A stretch of DNA of 59,508 bases from Planctomycetota bacterium (lineage in GTDB: Bacteria > Planctomycetota > Phycisphaerae > Phycisphaerales > SM1A02), in assembly GCA_018970045.1 (NCBI GenBank), contig JAGWXC010000001.1, forward strand, positions 1 through 59,508. Reading direction: 5' to 3'. Shown here one piece after another: positions 1 through 8,049 of the stretch (its first letter is position 1; each line of letters opens with the position of its first letter). Below the pieces are notes generated by a model. That model was not told the origin of the DNA. It was given only the letters and a program-made list of their open reading frames with translations, and made no database searches. A program made the translations under genes and the position numbers.

Positions 1-2
1 CG

Positions 3-908
3 GCCGCGCAGCGCGGTCCGGGCGCGCCGCTCAACGGGCCCACCCCGGACGAGGACGCCCGCCCCTGGATGCGCGGCTACGGCTTCTACGAGGACATCGA
101 CGAGGAGAGCTGCGCCGACTGCGGCTACAACGCCTCGATCGGCGCCCTCATGGCCGGCGCCGACTGGGCCACCGACGGCGGCGGGATCGTCGGCGCGTTC
201 CTTGGGCTCGGCCCCGGCGCGATCTCCTACGACGTCGACTACGGCACGCAGAACGAGCAGGTCACGCAGGCCTTCGCCGGCATCTTCGGCAGCGTCGTGC
301 CGGGCGACGGCGCGCTCTACCTGCAGGGCTTCCTGATGGGCGGCTACTACGACTTCGACCGCACGCGCACGATCTCGCTGCCGGACGTGAGCACCCGCGT
401 CGCCGAGAGCGGCAACGACGCGTGGTCCATCTCCGCGGGCGGCGAGCTCGGCCTGAACCTCGAGGTGGCCGAGCGCACCTGGCTGCAGCCGTTCGCCGGC
501 GTCACCTGGGGCCAGTACTGGGGCGACGGCTACAACGAGACCGGCGCCGACAGCCTGAACCTCTCCGTGCAGGACCAGAGCGCCAACCAGTGGATGCCCA
601 CGGCGGGCGCGCGCCTGATGCACTCGATGGTCTCGGGGCGCGACCTGATCTCGCCGTACATCGGCGCCGCGTTCCTCGGCCAGGTGCCGGTCGGCGACGG
701 CTGGGCGCCCGTCTACACCAGCGACTTCAACCTCGGCGAGGCGACGCAGGCGGGCGACGGCCCGCCGGACCGCTACGGCGTCACCTTCCAGGCGGGCATC
801 GAGCTCGCCCGCATCACCGGCGTCACGCTGTACGCGGCGTTCGACGGCGCGGTGCTCACCGGCAAGCAGCGCTTCGGCGGGCAGTTCGGGGTGGTGGTGC
901 CGTTCTGA
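3..908 (+). CDS. autotransporter-type outer-membrane beta-barrel domain protein (5' end cut by window edge)
   Basis: Frame 3 is open from base 3 with no stop before the first Met at 69. Alternating beta-strand pattern rich in G/Y/W (WSISAGGELGLNLEV..WLQPFAGVTWGQYWG), ending in the aromatic C-terminus ..GVVVPF typical of autotransporter/OMP beta-domains. Confidence 0.6.
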   Translation, partial: AAQRGPGAPLNGPTPDEDARPWMRGYGFYEDIDEESCADCGYNASIGALMAGADWATDGGGIVGAFLGLGPGAISYDVDYGTQNEQVTQAFAGIFGSVVPGDGALYLQGFLMGGYYDFDRTRTISLPDVSTRVAESGNDAWSISAGGELGLNLEVAERTWLQPFAGVTWGQYWGDGYNETGADSLNLSVQDQSANQWMPTAGARLMHSMVSGRDLISPYIGAAFLGQVPVGDGWAPVYTSDFNLGEATQAGDGPPDRYGVTFQAGIELARITGVTLYAAFDGAVLTGKQRFGGQFGVVVPF

Positions 909-920
909 CGGCCCGGAACG

Positions 921-953
921 CCGAAGCGGAAGGCGCTGGGCCTTCCGCTTCGG
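921..953. terminator. perfect 14-bp hairpin between convergent autotransporter gene and tRNA-Pro
   Basis: CCGAAGCGGAAGGC (921-934), loop GCTGG, GCCTTCCGCTTCGG (940-953). No clear U-tract on either strand. Confidence 0.55.
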
Positions 954-962
954 AGTGAGGAG

Positions 963-1037
963 TCGGGCTGGCGGGATTTGAACCCACGACCTTTTGACCC
1001 CCAGTCAAACGCGCTAGCCAAGCTGCGCTACAGCCCG
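963..1037 (-). tRNA. tRNA-Pro (anticodon GGG)
   Basis: The reverse complement folds as a cloverleaf. Acceptor CGGGCTG/CAGCCCG plus discriminator A; D-arm GCGC..GCGC; anticodon stem TTTGA/TCAAA with loop CTGGGGG; T-arm GTGGG-TTCAAAT-CCCGC. 75 nt, CCA not encoded. Confidence 0.9.
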
Positions 1038-1094
1038 AGAGGGGGAGGAGTATAGCGGGATCCAAGTCGTGCCGAAACGCCACATAATGCTCTG

Positions 1095-1301
1095 GTGCTG
1101 CGACGCATTCGCGCGTTCCTGACCGAGCTCCAAGCCCGCTCCGCGCGCACGTGGTCCGCACGGTGCCTGACGTGCGGCCGGAACTTCCCGTTCCCGGGGA
1201 TCCGACTTGGTGCCGCAGGGCGACCCATCAAGCTCCTGCGCTGTCCGCAGTGCGACCGATGGCGCATGTGCCGCGTCGAGCGCTGGGAGGACCTCAGGTA
1301 G
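1095..1301 (+). CDS. possible small zinc-ribbon protein (68 aa, GTG start)
   Basis: Two CxxC pairs (CLTCGRNF...CPQCDRW). Third codon positions are mostly G/C, as in neighbouring real genes. Ends 12 nt before the lipoprotein gene. No homology check was possible. Confidence 0.35.
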   Translation: MLRRIRAFLTELQARSARTWSARCLTCGRNFPFPGIRLGAAGRPIKLLRCPQCDRWRMCRVERWEDLR

Positions 1302-1313
1302 AGTCCGTTTCCC

Positions 1314-1868
1314 ATGCATCGCGCTTTGATTCTCGTTGCGACCCTCGCGGTCATCGGCTGCTCCAGCACCACCGAGCACGGATCCCAGCCACTCGAGGCC
1401 CAAGGCCCCGCCGTCGCACCAGCGCTCGAACCGCTTGCCTTCATGGCTGGCGCATGGGTGCAGCAGCAGCCCAACGGCGCCATGATCGAGGAACACTGGA
1501 TGCCACCGCGTGGCTCGGCCATGCTTGGTTCGTTCCGGCGCATCCTGGGCAACGGCGCCGTGCCGTTCTATGAGTTCACGCAGATCGTGGCCGAGAAGGA
1601 CCGCGTGGTGCTGCGGCAAATCCACATCCATGGCAACTTCGAACCCGACCCCAAGCGCACCGAACCCATGGAGCTGGTGCTGGAGCGAATCGGCGCCGAA
1701 AGCGCAACCTTTGTCCCCGCTGGCGACCGGGCCAACGCCGGCGAGCTCGAGCGCATCACCTATGCACGCGATGGCGCTGACATGCTCGTGCTGACCGTGC
1801 AGCCCAAGGCCCGCGAGGGCAAGCCGGCGGATCCGCCGCTGGTCTTCCGCATGGTGCGTTGCCGCTGA
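1314..1868 (+). CDS. lipoprotein, DUF6265-like
   Basis: Signal peptide with lipobox LAVIGC|S. The AFMAGAWV...MIEEHWMPP...FYEF motif resembles the DUF6265 family (from memory, unverified). Confidence 0.6.
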   Translation: MHRALILVATLAVIGCSSTTEHGSQPLEAQGPAVAPALEPLAFMAGAWVQQQPNGAMIEEHWMPPRGSAMLGSFRRILGNGAVPFYEFTQIVAEKDRVVLRQIHIHGNFEPDPKRTEPMELVLERIGAESATFVPAGDRANAGELERITYARDGADMLVLTVQPKAREGKPADPPLVFRMVRCR

Positions 1869-1899
1869 GCCGAACCGTCGCACGCTCCCTCAACGACAA

Positions 1900-1935
1900 C
1901 CGCTGCGTGCCCCGGCGATCCGAGACACGCAGCGG
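1900..1935. terminator. 10-bp stem hairpin between lipoprotein gene and tRNA-Ser
   Basis: CCGCTGCGTG (1900-1909) pairs with CACGCAGCGG (1926-1935). The loop is 16 nt and there is no U-tract. Confidence 0.35.
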
Positions 1936-1942
1936 CATGAAG

Positions 1943-2029
1943 CGGACAGGGGGAGATTCGAACTCCCGATACGGTTACCCGTATACAGCATTTCCAATGC
2001 TGCTCCTTCAACCGCTCGGACACCTGTCC
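1943..2029 (-). tRNA. tRNA-Ser (anticodon GGA), class II with long variable arm
   Basis: Reverse complement: GGACAGG acceptor; anticodon stem CAGCA/TGCTG with loop TTGGAAA; variable arm ATACGG-GTAA-CCGTAT; T-arm GGGAG-TTCGAAT-CTCCC; CCTGTCC plus discriminator G. 87 nt. Confidence 0.9.
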
Positions 2030-2053
2030 AACGTGGGCCACTAGAGTAGCGGC

Positions 2054-2752
2054 ATGAGCGCACCCGCTGCGCCGCCTGATCTTCACGGCATCCTGGTGAT
2101 CGATAAGCCGCTCGGCATGACGAGCATGCGTGTTGTCGAGCGCGTGCGGTACCGGGCCCGCAAGGCTCGCACCGGCCACGCGGGCACGCTCGATCCACTG
2201 GCGACCGGCGTACTGGTCGTGGCGATTGGTCGCGCAACCAAGTCGATCGACCGGCTCATGGCCGGCGAGAAGCGCTACGAGACCACCATCGATCTCTCGG
2301 CCTTCACCACGACCGATGACAGCGAGGGCGAGCGCACCGAGGTCGCGGCCCCCGCACCCACGCTCGAGGCCGTTCGCGCCGCATGCTCGCGCTGGGTGGG
2401 TGAGGTCATGCAGCGGCCGCCAGCCTTCAGCGCGATCAAGGTGCAGGGGCGTCGCTCGTACGACCTGGCCCGCTCGGGCGAGGCGCGAGAACTCGCGGCG
2501 CGCCCCGTGATGATCCACGGCATCGAGCTCGATGCGTACGACTTTCCGATGCTCTCGCTGCGTGTGCACTGCGGCAAGGGGACCTACATCCGCAGTCTCG
2601 CCCGGGACGTTGGCACGGCCTTGGGCACCGGCGGCCACTGCCGCTCGATCCGCAGGACGCAGGTGGGCATCTACGACATCGGGCAGGCCATCCGCATGGA
2701 TGACCTGCCCGATTCGATCGTGCAGGAGATGCTCCGGCCGCTGCCGGAGTGA
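2054..2752 (+). CDS. truB: tRNA pseudouridine(55) synthase
   Basis: GILVIDKPLGMTSMRVV and GHAGTLDPLATGVLVVAIGRATK contain the catalytic Asp motif of TruB. Confidence 0.9.
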   Translation: MSAPAAPPDLHGILVIDKPLGMTSMRVVERVRYRARKARTGHAGTLDPLATGVLVVAIGRATKSIDRLMAGEKRYETTIDLSAFTTTDDSEGERTEVAAPAPTLEAVRAACSRWVGEVMQRPPAFSAIKVQGRRSYDLARSGEARELAARPVMIHGIELDAYDFPMLSLRVHCGKGTYIRSLARDVGTALGTGGHCRSIRRTQVGIYDIGQAIRMDDLPDSIVQEMLRPLPE

Positions 2753-2759
2753 ATGACGG

Positions 2760-4223
2760 TCAGAGCGTCCAGGACGAGAGCATGAGGCCCAGATCGTTGC
2801 CGTCGACGATGCCGTCATCGTTGATGTCGGCGATCGCGAGCGACGACCCCCACGCGGCCAGCAGGACGCCGAGGTCCGCCGCATTCACCGCACCGTCACC
2901 GTTGACGTCGGCCGGGAGCGCCGGCACCGGCGTGATGGTGAGGTTGGCGCTGTAGAGCTGCAGGTCGTTCGTCGTCGTCACGGGAGCCACGCGGAGGTAG
3001 TACGTGCCAGCGGTGGTGAACTCATAGTTCGACAGCACTTCGGCCTGCCCCAGGGTGTTGACGTCCTGGGTCGTCAGGATGGTCCCGGCGGAGTTCAGCA
3101 CGTCGATCTTCAGGTTCTGGATCGACGATGCCGTGATGCTGGTCCCGGTGTTGCACGCCTGGGTTTGCGGCCCCGCGGTGTAGGTGCCACCCTGCGGGAT
3201 CACGGTGAGCGACACCTTGGTGCCCGCGGTGGCCACGATCTTCCAGAGATCGACGTCGCTGTTGTCGTCGATCGAGAGATTCGTGTAGCTCGTCAGGCCT
3301 TCGGCATTCGTCGGGATCGCCGCGTTGGCCAACGCGTCGGATGCAGCTTCGAGGGCGTCGCCGTACTGGCGCTGGGCGCCGCGGATGTCATCGATCTGCG
3401 GACCATCCACGTTGGTGAAGATGAACGGCTCCATCAGCTTGGTGGTGGCGGCTGGGCACACATGCTCCAACCCGATGCCATGGCCGTGTTCGTGCGCGAC
3501 GATGTTGCGGAAGTAGCGGTAGTTGTTGGTGGTCGGACCCCAGTTCGCGTCGGAGTTCAGGACCATGTCGCCGTTGTTGGGGAACTGGTTGTAGGCCAGG
3601 ATCGAGGTGCTGGTGAGACCGCGCCCAGCGATGCGCACGTCGCCGCGCGTGGTGCCGCCAGCGCTGCCCCACGCCGCACCGTCATCCGAGACCTCGACGT
3701 AGGACAGACCTGTGAGGTCGCTCCAGCGCTGGAACACTTGGCGGATCAGGTTCTTGCCGTTCTCGAGCGAGCCGAAGCGAGCGGCGAGCGTGGCGTTGAC
3801 GTTGTTGGGTGCGCTGCCGATGCCCAGGCCAATCTCATCCGGAATCGTCACGCCGTCGGGCACCACCGACCAGCGGATCTGCAGCGGCTGGCCTTGCGCG
3901 CTGCTGCCATTGAGGTTCCAGCGGGGAGCCAACTGGTACGCGAGCCCTCCGTCCATGCCGCCATTGAGCCACACGTTGATCAGGCGTTGCGTGACGTCGG
4001 CCACGAAGGCTGGGTCGGCATCCTCGGTGAAGCACATCGAGATCGGCAGGCCAGCCGGCAGGTCGGCGCACTGGATCCCGTTGGGCTCTGCGTGGTGGTT
4101 GCACCCTGCGCCGCACGCATGCTTCGGGCGCTCCGCCGGGGTTGGGACGGCGCTCAGGCCAGCAGCCATCGAGCCGGCGAGCAGGGTGAACGCAGCAGCA
4201 ACCTTCGTGGGGCAGTTCTTCAT
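2760..4223 (-). CDS. secreted metzincin (M10/matrixin-like) zinc metalloprotease with C-terminal double dockerin-like module
   Basis: HEHGHGIGLEH matches the HExxHxxGxxH zinc site. Start taken at the internal Met (MKNCPTKVAAAFTLLAGSMAAG signal peptide), preceded by GGAGA. C-terminus is DVNGDGAVNAADLGVLLAAWG...DINDDGIVDGNDLGLMLSSWTL. Confidence 0.8.
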   Translation of the reverse strand: MKNCPTKVAAAFTLLAGSMAAGLSAVPTPAERPKHACGAGCNHHAEPNGIQCADLPAGLPISMCFTEDADPAFVADVTQRLINVWLNGGMDGGLAYQLAPRWNLNGSSAQGQPLQIRWSVVPDGVTIPDEIGLGIGSAPNNVNATLAARFGSLENGKNLIRQVFQRWSDLTGLSYVEVSDDGAAWGSAGGTTRGDVRIAGRGLTSTSILAYNQFPNNGDMVLNSDANWGPTTNNYRYFRNIVAHEHGHGIGLEHVCPAATTKLMEPFIFTNVDGPQIDDIRGAQRQYGDALEAASDALANAAIPTNAEGLTSYTNLSIDDNSDVDLWKIVATAGTKVSLTVIPQGGTYTAGPQTQACNTGTSITASSIQNLKIDVLNSAGTILTTQDVNTLGQAEVLSNYEFTTAGTYYLRVAPVTTTNDLQLYSANLTITPVPALPADVNGDGAVNAADLGVLLAAWGSSLAIADINDDGIVDGNDLGLMLSSWTL

Positions 4224-4314
4224 GATGCGGAATTCTCCGTGGGGTGCCTGACTGGATTCAGGGACTTCTGAAACAGTAGCCCGATTGGGCGGCAAGTCGA
4301 GCCCGGGGACACAT

Positions 4315-4329
4315 CGTTTGGGCAAATCG
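4315..4329 (-). promoter_or_regulatory. degenerate copy of the CGATTTxCCGGAAA element upstream of the metalloprotease gene
   Basis: In gene orientation it reads CGATTTGCCCAAACG. It shares CGATTTGCC with the proximal site of the 13816-14154 gene, but the CCGG core is not conserved. Confidence 0.25.
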
Positions 4330-4342
4330 TTGACCGGCAGGC

Positions 4343-5563
4343 TCAGCCATCCTGCAGGTGCGGCGCCGCGGGGACGTGTCGGTCCGCCCCGAACCAGTCG
4401 TCGTCCGCGGCACGAGGGGAGACGCGCTCGACCACGATGCGACGCAGGAATCGACTCCCATCGGGCCAGTCCGCGATCACGGACACGAGTTCGTTGGTTC
4501 GGGCGTCGGCAACGAGTCGCACGCGTGCCGGCAGCGGCGGCGCGCGCATGCCACGCCGACCCTTGCGGACCGAGGGGCCGTCGCGATCGTGCGGCTCATG
4601 CGGTGGCATCGAGGGCCGGGTGGCGGCCGCCGGATCGGATCGAAGCGTGGCCTCGATGACGACGAGCGGCTCGCCCTCGGCAGTCTGCGACTGTGCACCC
4701 GCCACGACCGCGAGGTCGAAGCCGTGCTCGAGTCGCTCGAGGAGCGGCTGCAGCGTCAGCAGTTCCTCGTCTTCGCCGTCGCTGTCCTGCTCGTTCGCCG
4801 GACCGCCCATGAGCGGCATGGGGTCGCGCATGCGCAGCGGATCCGCGCTGCGGGTCACGACTCCGTCAAGGTCGACTTGCCAATACTCGCTGCCATCGAA
4901 GCCCCACGCGATCGGCGGCGCACCGTGACGATCCCCAAGCCCAGGGCCATCCGGGCCGCGGGGCATCGAACCATCCGCCCGTGGTCGATCGCCGTGTTCG
5001 GGCCCCCGTCGGCCGCGAGCACCGGGAAGCGGCGTGGGGCCGTTCTCGCCGCGCATCCCGGGCTGCGTCGTGCCCGGCGGTGCAACGCCCGGCTGAAGGC
5101 GTGCGCCACCGCTGACCGGCGTGCGCGGGCCCATGGGCAACGCACTGAGATCGATGGCGAAGACGAAGCGACGGCCCGTGCCGACGTCGACCGTCGCCTC
5201 GCGCAGGGATTCGGTGCCATCCCGGTTGGCCAGCACGATCGTCTGGCGATACGAACGATTGCCCGTGGCCAGTCGATTCGAGATCGACTGCAGCGTGGCG
5301 AAGGCGGAGTTCGTGGCCGGGCCGATGGAGAGGATCACCGCGATGGTGAGCGTGGCTGCGAGTGCTCCCGCTGCGGCGAACCGAGCCACGCCGAATCGGC
5401 CCACGCGCGCGAGCACGCCGTCGCGGCGGTCAATGCGCGCGATCGCCGCGCGCACGCGTCGATCCTGCTTCGCCGCATGGTCCGGAGCGAGGTTGGCCAG
5501 CAGGCCGTGCACCAGCCGCTCGTTCGCCCGAGGTCGATCGGTCTGGTCGTCATGCGGCGTCAT
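4343..5563 (-). CDS. anti-sigma factor (single-pass membrane protein with P/G/R-rich extracytoplasmic region)
   Basis: Its ATG overlaps the sigma-factor stop in ATGA (5560-5563). Short cytoplasmic N-terminus, one TM (FAAAGALAATLTIAVILSIG), then a large C-terminal domain. Confidence 0.65.
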   Translation of the reverse strand: MTPHDDQTDRPRANERLVHGLLANLAPDHAAKQDRRVRAAIARIDRRDGVLARVGRFGVARFAAAGALAATLTIAVILSIGPATNSAFATLQSISNRLATGNRSYRQTIVLANRDGTESLREATVDVGTGRRFVFAIDLSALPMGPRTPVSGGARLQPGVAPPGTTQPGMRGENGPTPLPGARGRRGPEHGDRPRADGSMPRGPDGPGLGDRHGAPPIAWGFDGSEYWQVDLDGVVTRSADPLRMRDPMPLMGGPANEQDSDGEDEELLTLQPLLERLEHGFDLAVVAGAQSQTAEGEPLVVIEATLRSDPAAATRPSMPPHEPHDRDGPSVRKGRRGMRAPPLPARVRLVADARTNELVSVIADWPDGSRFLRRIVVERVSPRAADDDWFGADRHVPAAPHLQDG

Positions 5564-6108
5564 GCTGGTGCTCCGTCGAGGAATCCCTTGAGGCGCAGGC
5601 ACTCGGCGAGTTGCAGCCGCGCACGATAGAGGCGCTTGCGGAAGGTCTCGTCGTTCGTGCCGGCGGTCGATGCAGCCACGCGGGGATCGAGCGACTGCGC
5701 GTACACCAATTCGACGGCTTCACGCTGTTCGGGCGCAAGGCGCTGCATGCAGTCCAGGAGCGGCTGCAACCGATCGGCGAAGCGATCGGCGGGCGTGCTC
5801 TCGATGCGGGCGAGCTGCTCCTCGATGTGCAGCACCGCGGCCTCGCCCGCGATCTCGTGCCGACGTTGCTGCTTGCGCGCGAGCCCGAGCAGCGTGTTGC
5901 GCGCGATCCCGCGGAGCCATGGTGCGAAGGGCCGGCTGCGATCGAAGTCGGGGAGGCGACGCCACGCGACGATGATGGCCTCCTGGAACGCATCCTCGAC
6001 GAGCGCATCGTTCCAAGACATGGCCCGCAGGTACGCCATGAGCATGTCCGCATGCTCGCGCACGAGGATCTCGAAGGCTTGGCTGTCGCGGGGGTCCATC
6101 GGGGGCAT
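5560..6108 (-). CDS. ECF-type RNA polymerase sigma-70 family factor
   Basis: Region 2 (FEILVREHADMLMAYL...EDAFQEAIIVAWRRL..F....PFAPWLRGIARN) and region 4 (EAVELVYAQSL...FRKRLYRARLQL). The start is ambiguous: Met at 6108 preferred, ORF maximum 6183. Confidence 0.85.
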   Translation of the reverse strand: MPPMDPRDSQAFEILVREHADMLMAYLRAMSWNDALVEDAFQEAIIVAWRRLPDFDRSRPFAPWLRGIARNTLLGLARKQQRRHEIAGEAAVLHIEEQLARIESTPADRFADRLQPLLDCMQRLAPEQREAVELVYAQSLDPRVAASTAGTNDETFRKRLYRARLQLAECLRLKGFLDGAPA

Positions 6109-6163
6109 TGTCGCGCCCGCTGCCGCGTGGGACACGAGGCCGGATAGAGTTCGGCCCTTTCCC

Positions 6164-7336
6164 ATGCTGCGGATCGCGATCAAGATGCTCTTTGGCGACG
6201 GGGCCCGGTTCTACGGGATCCTGCTGGGACTGGCGTTCGCCAGCCTGCTGATCGCCCAGCAATCCAGCATCTTCGTCGGCCTGATGAGCCGGACGAGCGC
6301 CTTCATCCGCGATACCCCGCAGGCCGACATCTGGGTCACCGACCCGGACCTGCTTTCGGTGGACGATGCCAAGGCGCTCCGGGACACCGACCTCCAGCGC
6401 GTGCGCGGCGTTCCGGGTGTCGCCTGGGCCGTGCCGCTCTTCAAGGGCCTGCTCGGGGTGAAGCTCGGCGACGGGCGGCGCACCGTCTGCGAGGTCGTGG
6501 GCATCGACGACGCCACGCTGATCGGCGGGCCGCACACGATGCTCGACGGCCAGGTTGCCGACCTGCGCCAGGCCGATGCCGTCATCGTCGACAATCGGCG
6601 GCTCGCGCGCGAACTTCGCATGGCCACCGGTGAGCGTGGACCCGACGGCAAGCCCATCTACCGGCCGATGCGGGTCGGAGACGAAATGGAACTCAACGAG
6701 CGTCGCGCCGTGGTCGTGGGCATCTGCGACAACGGCGAGAGCTTCCAGTACGCGCCGCAGGTGTACACGACCTACTCGCGTGCGCTGCAGTTCCAGCCTG
6801 CGGTGCGGCGGGTGATGAGCATGGTGCTCGTCAAGGCGGAGCCCGGACAGGATCCCGCTGAGCTGGCGCGCCAGATCGAGGCACGCACCGGATTGAGCGC
6901 GCTGCCGGCATCGCCCTTCGAGTGGAAGACGATCGGGTTCTGGATGCGCGAGACGGGCATCCCCATCAACTTCGGGATCGCGATCGCGCTGGGGTTCTTC
7001 GTCGGCGTCGCGATCGCCGGCCAGATGTTCTACAACTTCACGCTCGAGAACCTGAAGTACTTCGGCGCGATGAAGGCGATGGGCGCGAGTTCGTGGCTGC
7101 TCCTGCGCATGGTGGCGCTGCAGGGCGTGGTCGCTGGTGCGATCGGCCTGGGCCTCGGGCTCGGACTCGCGAGTGCGTTCGGCCTCTCCAACAATCCCGA
7201 CCGTCTCGCCTTCGTCATGACCTGGCACATCCCGGTCATCACGGCCGGAGCTGTGCTGGTCATCGTGGTGGGGGCGAGCCTCATCAGCATGATCCGCGTG
7301 ATCCGGCTCGATCCCAAGAGCGTGTTCCAGGGATGA
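6164..7336 (+). CDS. ABC exporter permease, DevC/FtsX(MacB)-type
   Basis: MLRIAIKMLFGDGARFYGILLGLAFASLLIAQQSSIF N-terminal TM, a large periplasmic domain, then three C-terminal TMs. The long upstream ORF extension is antisense to the sigma gene and was discarded. Confidence 0.8.
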   Translation: MLRIAIKMLFGDGARFYGILLGLAFASLLIAQQSSIFVGLMSRTSAFIRDTPQADIWVTDPDLLSVDDAKALRDTDLQRVRGVPGVAWAVPLFKGLLGVKLGDGRRTVCEVVGIDDATLIGGPHTMLDGQVADLRQADAVIVDNRRLARELRMATGERGPDGKPIYRPMRVGDEMELNERRAVVVGICDNGESFQYAPQVYTTYSRALQFQPAVRRVMSMVLVKAEPGQDPAELARQIEARTGLSALPASPFEWKTIGFWMRETGIPINFGIAIALGFFVGVAIAGQMFYNFTLENLKYFGAMKAMGASSWLLLRMVALQGVVAGAIGLGLGLGLASAFGLSNNPDRLAFVMTWHIPVITAGAVLVIVVGASLISMIRVIRLDPKSVFQG

Positions 7337-8049
7337 GCGCCATGGCCACCAACCTGGCGATCGATGCCGCCGACGTGACCAAGGCGTACGGCAAGGGCGA
7401 GAATCGCGTAGTCGCGCTCGCTGGTGCCGATCTGCGCGTGCCCTACGGCGAGCTCGTGATGCTCGTCGGCCCATCGGGTTGCGGCAAGACCACGCTCATC
7501 TCGATCCTTGCCGGATTGCTCAGGCGCGACGGCGGGTCCTGCAGCGTGCTGGGCGTGGATCCGCAGGCCTTGCGCAACGGTCCTCGGACCGCCTGGCGCG
7601 GGCGCAACGTTGGCTTCGTGTTCCAGCAGTTCAACCTCGTGCCCACGGTCACGGCGCAGGAAAACGTGGCGATTCCGCTCCTGATCCAGGGCACGCCGCG
7701 CGCCGAGGCCATGGCCCGTGCGGGCGAGATGCTGCGCAAGGTCGGGCTCGGTGGGCGCGAATGCAGCCTGCCCCTGCAGATGTCGGGCGGGCAGCAGCAG
7801 CGCGTGGCCATCGCGCGGGCGCTCGCGCCCAACCCGCGGCTCCTGGTGTGCGATGAACCCACGAGCGCGCTCGACGGCGCCACCGGACAGAGTGTGATGG
7901 AACTCGTCGCCCGCGTGGCCCACGACGATGGCCACGCCGTGGTCGTGATCACGCACGATGAACGCATCTACCGATTCGCGAACCGGATCGTCCACATGGA
8001 CGATGGCCGCGTCACGCGCACCGATGTCCCACCGAAGGAGCACGCATGA
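7333..8049 (+). CDS. ABC transporter ATP-binding protein (DevA/MacB-NBD-like)
   Basis: Walker A GPSGCGKTT, signature LSGGQQQRVAIARAL-type (MSGGQQQRVAIARAL), Walker B LLVCDEPTSALD. ATGA overlap with the permease stop. Confidence 0.9.
   Translation: MSAMATNLAIDAADVTKAYGKGENRVVALAGADLRVPYGELVMLVGPSGCGKTTLISILAGLLRRDGGSCSVLGVDPQALRNGPRTAWRGRNVGFVFQQFNLVPTVTAQENVAIPLLIQGTPRAEAMARAGEMLRKVGLGGRECSLPLQMSGGQQQRVAIARALAPNPRLLVCDEPTSALDGATGQSVMELVARVAHDDGHAVVVITHDERIYRFANRIVHMDDGRVTRTDVPPKEHA

Noticed and set aside
963-2029. Two tRNA genes about 900 bp apart, considered as a possible integration hot-spot or genomic-island boundary.
   Set aside because: There is no integrase, no direct repeat of a tRNA 3' end and no compositional break. 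The intervening genes are a small lipoprotein gene and a questionable small ORF.
5636-6163. Long N-terminal extensions offered by the ORF track: 5636->6164, 6922->7333, 17763->18111, 28973->29444, 30498->30687, 33647->33806, 52344->53124, 57969->58287, 10932..12050->11816, 8957..10603->10360.
   Set aside because: The extensions overlap the preceding gene or run antisense to it, and they have junk-like composition. In each case an internal ATG or GTG sits in an ATGA/GTGA overlap or after a GGAG-type ribosome-binding site and gives a family-typical N-terminus or signal peptide.
5720-7474. Very long ORFs antisense to or out of frame with confident genes. Examples: 5720-7474(-), 3165-4271(+), 4358-5629(+), 8936-10543(+), 15290-16891(-), 30633-31952(-), 35232-36578(-), 43167-44918(+), 50248-51669(+), 52638-53936(-).
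   Set aside because: High GC content depletes stop codons in all frames. These translations are Arg/Ala/Pro/Gly-rich with no motifs. Each overlaps a gene with clear family signatures on the other strand or in another frame.
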